In this document: positions 37,793 to 42,604 of the stretch, one piece after another
Position numbering within the stretch: the stretch's first letter is position 1
Layout: each line of letters starts with the position of its first letter
Source: Polyangiaceae bacterium
Lineage (GTDB): Bacteria > Myxococcota_A > Polyangia > Polyangiales > Polyangiaceae
Assembly (NCBI GenBank): GCA_044222475.1
Contig: JBGANF010000063.1
Location: forward strand, 1 to 42,604
Direction: 5' to 3'
DNA: 42,604 bases
Notes under the pieces: generated by a model
What the model was told of the DNA's origin: nothing
What the model saw: only the letters and a program-made list of their open reading frames with translations
Databases searched by the model: none
Made by a program: the position numbers and the translations under genes

Positions 37793-38959
37793 TCATGGCG
37801 CGCCAGCGTTGTCTGATGTCGACCGCCTCGGGAGCACTGGGGTCATGAGCGTGCCTGTGACGCGCGGATGAAGAGCGCCAAGGACACGGGAGACGTCTTG
37901 GAGCCCTTGGTCGACTTGTGCGTCGACTGCCTTGATCGGCCCGTTCGCGAGGTCTTGCAACAGAGCGCGCACCGACGGTGCTGGAGAAACCGGAACCGAG
38001 CGGTGTGGTCGATAGTGGACCATCCTGTTGCGAAGCTTCTTGAAACGGAGCACCGGTTCCAGTCGACGGCGCAGTGCGACGAGTTCGCGGTGCACCTCGT
38101 CGCGTAGCCAGTCTCTCGCCTCGCGCATGGCGACGATGTGGCGCAGGCTGGACGCGACATGGAAGAGGGCCACCAGGCGCCACTTCGACTGAAACAAAGT
38201 GGCGAGCGGCTCGTTTGGTTGGGCTGACTCCGGAACAATGTGCAACCCGACGTTGGCCGCACACAGCGCGGCGGTCAGAAGCATCGCGGTGCCGAGAGCC
38301 CTGGGCGTTCTTTGCCGGAGCAACGAACCATAGAAGCGCCCCGCATCGACATTCGCGCACAGGATCGGGGATACTTGCAACTCCTCCACTCGGTGGACTT
38401 CGGCTGCGCCGAAACGGTCGAGGACCAATGCAATGTAGCCGCTCAGCGCGCGAGACCGATCGAACACTGCCATCCCTGGGCCGCCGATGGACTCCAGCGT
38501 CATCGTGGCAAGCTCCTCGTCGCCCGTCCCGAGCTGCAAGCTCATGAGGTGCGTGATCCCAACGATGTTGCCCTCAAGAACGGAAATGCCCAGGTCCGGC
38601 TGGAGCAGTCTCTTTAGGGGCCCAAGAATTCCAGTGTGGGATTCGAGGAAGACACGATGGTGCGTGTCCACGAATTTGGCGTACTGATCGAGCATTGCAC
38701 GCGGGACGCGCGCGCTGTCATCGAGGAACTTCAGGCTGTGGCGTGAGCGCTCGATCGCCCCGGCATGTTCCCCAAAGGAGCCGACCGCTGTGCCTTGCTC
38801 CTGAAAGTACGCGAGTGACTCCGTCGCAAACATCGACACGTGGGGGACGAACAACAGCGACCGGCCGGGATCACGCCGCGAGAAGATGCGCCGAAACGCG
38901 ATGGCGTCGGAGACGATGAGAGCATCGGCGAGGTCATGATGAGGATCGCGCACAGCCAT
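37793..38959 (-). CDS. Hypothetical helical protein with HEPN-like RNxxxH motif
   Basis: Long ORF with atypical codon usage; KKLRNRMVHYR near the C-terminus. Start is 38959 or 38977. Confidence 0.6.
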   Translation of the reverse strand: MAVRDPHHDLADALIVSDAIAFRRIFSRRDPGRSLLFVPHVSMFATESLAYFQEQGTAVGSFGEHAGAIERSRHSLKFLDDSARVPRAMLDQYAKFVDTHHRVFLESHTGILGPLKRLLQPDLGISVLEGNIVGITHLMSLQLGTGDEELATMTLESIGGPGMAVFDRSRALSGYIALVLDRFGAAEVHRVEELQVSPILCANVDAGRFYGSLLRQRTPRALGTAMLLTAALCAANVGLHIVPESAQPNEPLATLFQSKWRLVALFHVASSLRHIVAMREARDWLRDEVHRELVALRRRLEPVLRFKKLRNRMVHYRPHRSVPVSPAPSVRALLQDLANGPIKAVDAQVDQGLQDVSRVLGALHPRVTGTLMTPVLPRRSTSDNAGAP

Positions 38960-39039
38960 CTTCTTCCGACGAAGCATGATGGCAAGCCTGACGCCGTGCC
39001 AACGAACGCCCACATCCAACGGTGGTTGGCGAAACGCGG

Positions 39040-39070
39040 CGGGCGTCCGGCCGACTACTCCGGACGCCCG
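39040..39070. terminator. Perfect 11-bp hairpin downstream of the Gly-rich ORF
   Basis: CGGGCGTCCGG (39040-39050) / CCGGACGCCCG (39060-39070), 9-nt loop; no strong U-tract. Confidence 0.4.
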
Positions 39071-39077
39071 ACCACCT

Positions 39078-39242
39078 CTACTTCGACGGCGTCGCGTTTC
39101 CTCGGCCACCTCCCGAAGGATTCGGCGTCGTGCTCGGCCAGTTGCCTCCGTTGCCGCCCTTCGGACCCCCGCCTTGCGAGCCTCCGCCCTTCGGACCGCC
39201 GCCGCCGCCGTTGCCCTTACCGCCGTTGTTTCCCTTGCTCAT
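39078..39242 (-). CDS. Gly-rich microprotein (54 aa)
   Basis: MSKGNNGGKGNGGGGGPKGGGSQGGGPKGGNGGNWPSTTPNPSGGGRGNATPSK; purine-rich GAAGAGAG upstream, hairpin downstream. Confidence 0.55.
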   Translation of the reverse strand: MSKGNNGGKGNGGGGGPKGGGSQGGGPKGGNGGNWPSTTPNPSGGGRGNATPSK

Positions 39243-39279
39243 GATCGACTCTCTTCGAACCCGAGTCGCGACGAGATCA

Positions 39280-39540
39280 CTACGATCCCGTCCGCTCGAG
39301 TGGTGCGGGCTCCTCGCCCGCATCGCTGCCGCGACGATCACGCAGCCGACGAAATCTGACGAGGATCCCCACCGGCACGGGATCGTTCAGGTGGTTGCAA
39401 ACGACGGTGAAGCTCTCGCCGTCTCGGAACCGCCACGTCTCGTGCGAGCCCGAGACGCGCACCGGCCGCGCACCGTTCAGCCGGAGCAGCCTGCGCATCT
39501 CGCGCCAGTTCTTGGGATCCGCCGTTCGACCGGCGCTCAC
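39280..39540 (-). CDS. HicA-family (dsRBD-fold) toxin-like protein
   Basis: WREMRRLLRLNGARPVRVSGSHETW...HLNDPVPVGIL carries the HicA GSH motif; GTG at 39540 overlaps the upstream stop (GTGA). Confidence 0.75.
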   Translation of the reverse strand: MSAGRTADPKNWREMRRLLRLNGARPVRVSGSHETWRFRDGESFTVVCNHLNDPVPVGILVRFRRLRDRRGSDAGEEPAPLERTGS

Positions 39541-40907
39541 GACCGAACCCTCATCGGCGAGCGCTCCACGATCTCCAGACCGAAGATCTCGCAAGCATCC
39601 TTCATCGCCAGCTCGGGATCGTGGTCGACTTGACCGCAAGACTTCCGCGCGCTGCGCGCGGCATCGGCCAAGTGCGGCGCCGCCGTCGCCAACTTCGTCA
39701 GCGCCTTCGCGAAGGACTCGTCGCGAGGGGCGAGTCTCTCGAGCGCGGCGAGCGCGAGCTCGCGCGCCTCCCGCATCTCGTCGCCATCGACCGCGACAGC
39801 CAACATGCCCTCGGCCAGAAGGTCGAGCACACGGGTGAGGTTCTTCTCGTCTGCGCGCTCGTGACCACCTCGGTCGGCGTCGTCCCGCGGCAACGCGCGC
39901 GCGAGGGCATTCAGCGGCCACACGCCACGACGGACGTAGCTCCGTACGAGCGGCTTCAGCTTCTTCGCTGCGTTCACCGCGCCCCAACCCGTTCCGTCGA
40001 AGATCCGATGGCTGCCGAGTCCTCCGGACATGGCTCGTTCGAGCGCCTCCCTCGGATCCTTCGCCGACGCCGTCTCGTCGGCGAGGATGCGCACAGCGCG
40101 CTCGTGCTGCGCGGGGACCGCGCAAAGCACCCCAGCCGCCTCGCATCGAGACGTGGGATCCGTGAGCGCGCCATCGAGAAGCGTCTGCAATGGCGGCGGA
40201 ACCGGAGCGCGGCTCTCCATCAGGTCGCGCAAGGCCGACATCGGCAAGCTCGATGTCAGGACGCGCGAGATCCCGAAGTGCTCGATGGCCGCGTGGTCCC
40301 GAGGGTCGGGCGGGAGTCGTCGAGCCATCCGCTTCAGGGCGAGCATGGGAGGGAGCTCGTCGGCTCGCAGGCCTGTGCGGTCCTGGACAGCTCCGACGAT
40401 CGCGTACGCGAGGTCGGTGTACTCGCCCAACGCACGCGCGACGAGCAGCGCAGGGAAAGAACCGGTCCCGCAGCGCTTCCCAGCTTCGGCGCACTTCGCG
40501 CACCGCACGCTGACTTTCGTCACCCACTCCACGGTCCGCGTCGAGAGCGACGCTGCGTCTTTCCGATACGGCCACAGGAATACGATCAGCTCGAGAAGCT
40601 CCTCGATGATGTGGATCCGCGTGCGGCCGGACGCGTTTCGGTATTCTTCCTCCCTCGCGAGCTTCGCCCAATCGTGGAGCGGCGTGAACCCCACGGTCGC
40701 TGCGTGGACCAAGGTGTAGACCCGCTCCCAATCTTTGCTGTCGCGCCCCGCGAGGGGTCGCAGCTCGTCGCTCGCTGCAGTCCGATCCATCCATCGGATC
40801 GCCGCGTCTCGGAGCGTGGCTGGGTCAGAACGAAACCGGCGTGCGAGCTCGCTCGCTGCGGCGAGCGCCCCTGGGTTTTGCTTCAATACGTCGTCGATCG
40901 TCTTCAT
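39537..40907 (-). CDS. Hypothetical alpha-helical (HEAT/solenoid-like) protein, 456 aa
   Basis: ATG with GGAG RBS; Ala/Leu/Arg-rich amphipathic helices, CAKC...C cluster; no recognisable catalytic motif. Confidence 0.65.
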   Translation of the reverse strand: MKTIDDVLKQNPGALAAASELARRFRSDPATLRDAAIRWMDRTAASDELRPLAGRDSKDWERVYTLVHAATVGFTPLHDWAKLAREEEYRNASGRTRIHIIEELLELIVFLWPYRKDAASLSTRTVEWVTKVSVRCAKCAEAGKRCGTGSFPALLVARALGEYTDLAYAIVGAVQDRTGLRADELPPMLALKRMARRLPPDPRDHAAIEHFGISRVLTSSLPMSALRDLMESRAPVPPPLQTLLDGALTDPTSRCEAAGVLCAVPAQHERAVRILADETASAKDPREALERAMSGGLGSHRIFDGTGWGAVNAAKKLKPLVRSYVRRGVWPLNALARALPRDDADRGGHERADEKNLTRVLDLLAEGMLAVAVDGDEMREARELALAALERLAPRDESFAKALTKLATAAPHLADAARSARKSCGQVDHDPELAMKDACEIFGLEIVERSPMRVRS

Positions 40908-41108
40908 GAGTAGCTCCGCGTGAGGCGTTGCGTACCCAGACTTGCCCGTGCGATGGCGTCTGTTGGTTCAGGGTGGCAGAGCCACGGTTTCTCTCGCCCT
41001 CCGAGGAGGACGACCGGTGAGAGCCCGAACTCCTCTACATTACGTTCGACCACGAGATGGTCAAGTCGACTTGGAAACTTTTTCTGAGGTGACGGGAGGA
41101 GGACGATC

Positions 41109-41576
41109 GTGAAACAGGAGCACCGCTTCGTCGCGCAGCTCTTTGGTTACCTCGCGCCGTTCGTGGATGACGCGAAGCCGCTCTATCTGAGCCTCGACGG
41201 TGAGGCCGCAAAGAAGGGCGTGCGCGAGAGCCACTTCAAGGACCCCACTGTGCCCGACATCTGGCTCACGCTCGTCGACAAGCGCGAGCTGCGGATCGAG
41301 GCGAAGATCCTCTCCGGGAACGACCGGTTCATCGTGGGGAAGGAACAACTTTCAGCGTGGTTCGCAACCGGCAAGGGCGCGCACCCGCCGACGGGTTGGG
41401 TCGTCGCAAATGAGAAGCTCACCGACTTCTACTACTGGGCGCACTCCGAGATTGCGCATCAGCCCACGAAGGCGATCCAGGGTGGCAGATACTATGAAGT
41501 GCGTGCGCCGACGATGAAGCGGACGTTCGGAACCGTTCGCGAGGTCGCCCTACACATCCTTGGCGCCGCGACCTGA
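41109..41576 (+). CDS. Small PD-(D/E)xK restriction-endonuclease-fold protein
   Basis: GGGAGGAGG RBS; EHRF...VPDIWLTL...LRIEAK...Q..W pattern. Confidence 0.65.
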   Translation: MKQEHRFVAQLFGYLAPFVDDAKPLYLSLDGEAAKKGVRESHFKDPTVPDIWLTLVDKRELRIEAKILSGNDRFIVGKEQLSAWFATGKGAHPPTGWVVANEKLTDFYYWAHSEIAHQPTKAIQGGRYYEVRAPTMKRTFGTVREVALHILGAAT

Positions 41577-41597
41577 TCGCATCGCGCGCCCCCTGGT

Positions 41598-42604
41598 TCA
41601 CTTCACGGTGCGTGCGAGACGGAAGCCCTGCTGGATGCCGACGTAATCCTGGAGCACCGGCAGTCGCTGCGCCGACCGGGCGAGCGCCGCCCAACCGAAG
41701 GCGACTCCGCCTCTCTTCACTCGATAGGCACTCTTGCTGGGTTGCTTCCCAGGGTCCACCAAGGGCGCCGAGCCGTACCCATTGGGATCGTACGCGTCAC
41801 TCACCCACTCTTCCGCGTTCCCCGCCATGTCAAAGAGGCCCCACGGGTTGGCGGCAAAAGCGCCGACCGGATGCGAGCGGTGCCCGGGTCCCACGGCGAG
41901 AGAATTCCAGCAGTACCAGCCGGCGAGCTCGAGGGACGGTTCGAGCTCGCAAGCCATCACGTTGCCTGGACCCCGATCCTTGATTGGTCCGGAGTAGAAC
42001 GCGGTCGTCGTTCCCGCGCGGGCCGCGTACTCCCATTCCGCCTCGGTAGGCAAGCGGTAGCCATCGCATTCATAGACGGATGGCGCGTTGACTGCGATCT
42101 CCGCGCAAGCAAGACCTCCAGAGGCCTTGGAATACGTTCCGGCGCCGACCGCGCCGACGCAACCACTTAACGCGTAGCACTCAGGAAGCCCCGCAAGCTT
42201 CGACAGGCTGTTCGCGTAGTACAGACTATCCGCGAACGACAACATACCTATCGGACAGTCGTCCTGAACACAGTCCGCGACGTCACCAATGGGCGCGACG
42301 ACACTCGGATTGGGAAGACACATCGCGTTCCACTGCCGCTGCGTGGTCTCAAACTTCGACAGCTTGAATGCATGGGTCAACGTGACGGACACTTGGTCCT
42401 CGTGCCGGACTGCGCGACCGTACTCATCGGCAGGTGACCCCATCGTGAACTTTCCTGGTGAGACGGTCACCCAGCAGTCCGGACATTGGTGAAGCAACGG
42501 AGCTGGGGAGCAGGTCACAACGTCGGCGCCGCTCGCGGCGTCTTGGACGGCCGGTGTGCTGCCGCGACCACAGGCGAACGCGACGATCGCCCCCACCGCT
42601 GCGA
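41598..42604 (-). CDS. FGE-sulfatase (SUMF1/formylglycine-generating enzyme family) lipoprotein; 5' end at or beyond the window edge
   Basis: FTMGSP, ETTQ, RLPTEAEWEYAARAG, NPWGLFDMAGNAEEW, RGG, GFRLART; lipobox-like VAFAC. Confidence 0.9.
   Translation of the reverse strand, partial: AAVGAIVAFACGRGSTPAVQDAASGADVVTCSPAPLLHQCPDCWVTVSPGKFTMGSPADEYGRAVRHEDQVSVTLTHAFKLSKFETTQRQWNAMCLPNPSVVAPIGDVADCVQDDCPIGMLSFADSLYYANSLSKLAGLPECYALSGCVGAVGAGTYSKASGGLACAEIAVNAPSVYECDGYRLPTEAEWEYAARAGTTTAFYSGPIKDRGPGNVMACELEPSLELAGWYCWNSLAVGPGHRSHPVGAFAANPWGLFDMAGNAEEWVSDAYDPNGYGSAPLVDPGKQPSKSAYRVKRGGVAFGWAALARSAQRLPVLQDYVGIQQGFRLARTVK

Noticed and set aside
30053..40907. Integron cassette array (co-oriented accessory genes)
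   Set aside because: No consistent RYYYAAC...GTTRRRY attC structures between genes and no integrase; only one isolated GTTGGAT near 39014-39020 on the minus strand.
40969..41490. CAGGGTGGCAGA 12-mer occurring twice, as a possible att site or target-site duplication
   Set aside because: One copy lies inside a CDS, and 12-mer repeats are expected by chance in 42 kb of GC-rich DNA.
41598..41760. FGE/CLec-fold protein as a diversity-generating retroelement target
   Set aside because: No template repeat resembling its 3' end and no reverse transcriptase in the window.
1..42604. CRISPR array, rRNA or tRNA genes
   Set aside because: No regularly spaced direct repeats or RNA-gene signatures were seen in any intergenic region.

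Overview
High-GC bacterial DNA. The gene families (AgmX/PglI-type Ser/Thr kinase, Cys-rich lipoproteins, fused ccoNO, paired ArsA-like ATPases, FGE lipoprotein) point to Myxococcota, most likely Polyangiales; this is inference. About 1-28 kb looks like core chromosome: lipoprotein glutathione peroxidase, aldehyde dehydrogenase, YjbQ, esterase, two tandem paralogous lipoproteins, an FHA protein, apt, surE, a DUF4352-like lipoprotein, a membrane MutS-domain-V protein, a cbb3 oxidase operon (ccoI-S-NO-Q-P-G plus a DsbD_2-type protein) and molybdenum-cofactor genes with an ArsA/Get3-like ATPase pair inside them. From about 30 kb on is a defence-island-like region, visibly more AT-rich from about 31.5 kb. 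It holds an unannotated antitoxin/RelE-like pair, an HTH-like protein, a single-chain Type IIG/ISP-like restriction-modification enzyme, an RloC-like SMC-ATPase/HEPN protein and a stand-alone RNxxxH (HEPN-like) protein. It also holds a Gly-rich microprotein, a HicA-fold toxin coupled to a 456-aa helical protein instead of HicB, a small PD-(D/E)xK nuclease and an FGE-sulfatase lipoprotein. The best candidate for an undescribed system is the helical-protein/HicA/Gly-rich-peptide module, possibly including the HEPN gene. A structured ~320-bp MITE-like element and a shorter inverted relative flank the kinase gene. All calls come from reading motifs by eye; no database searches were run.
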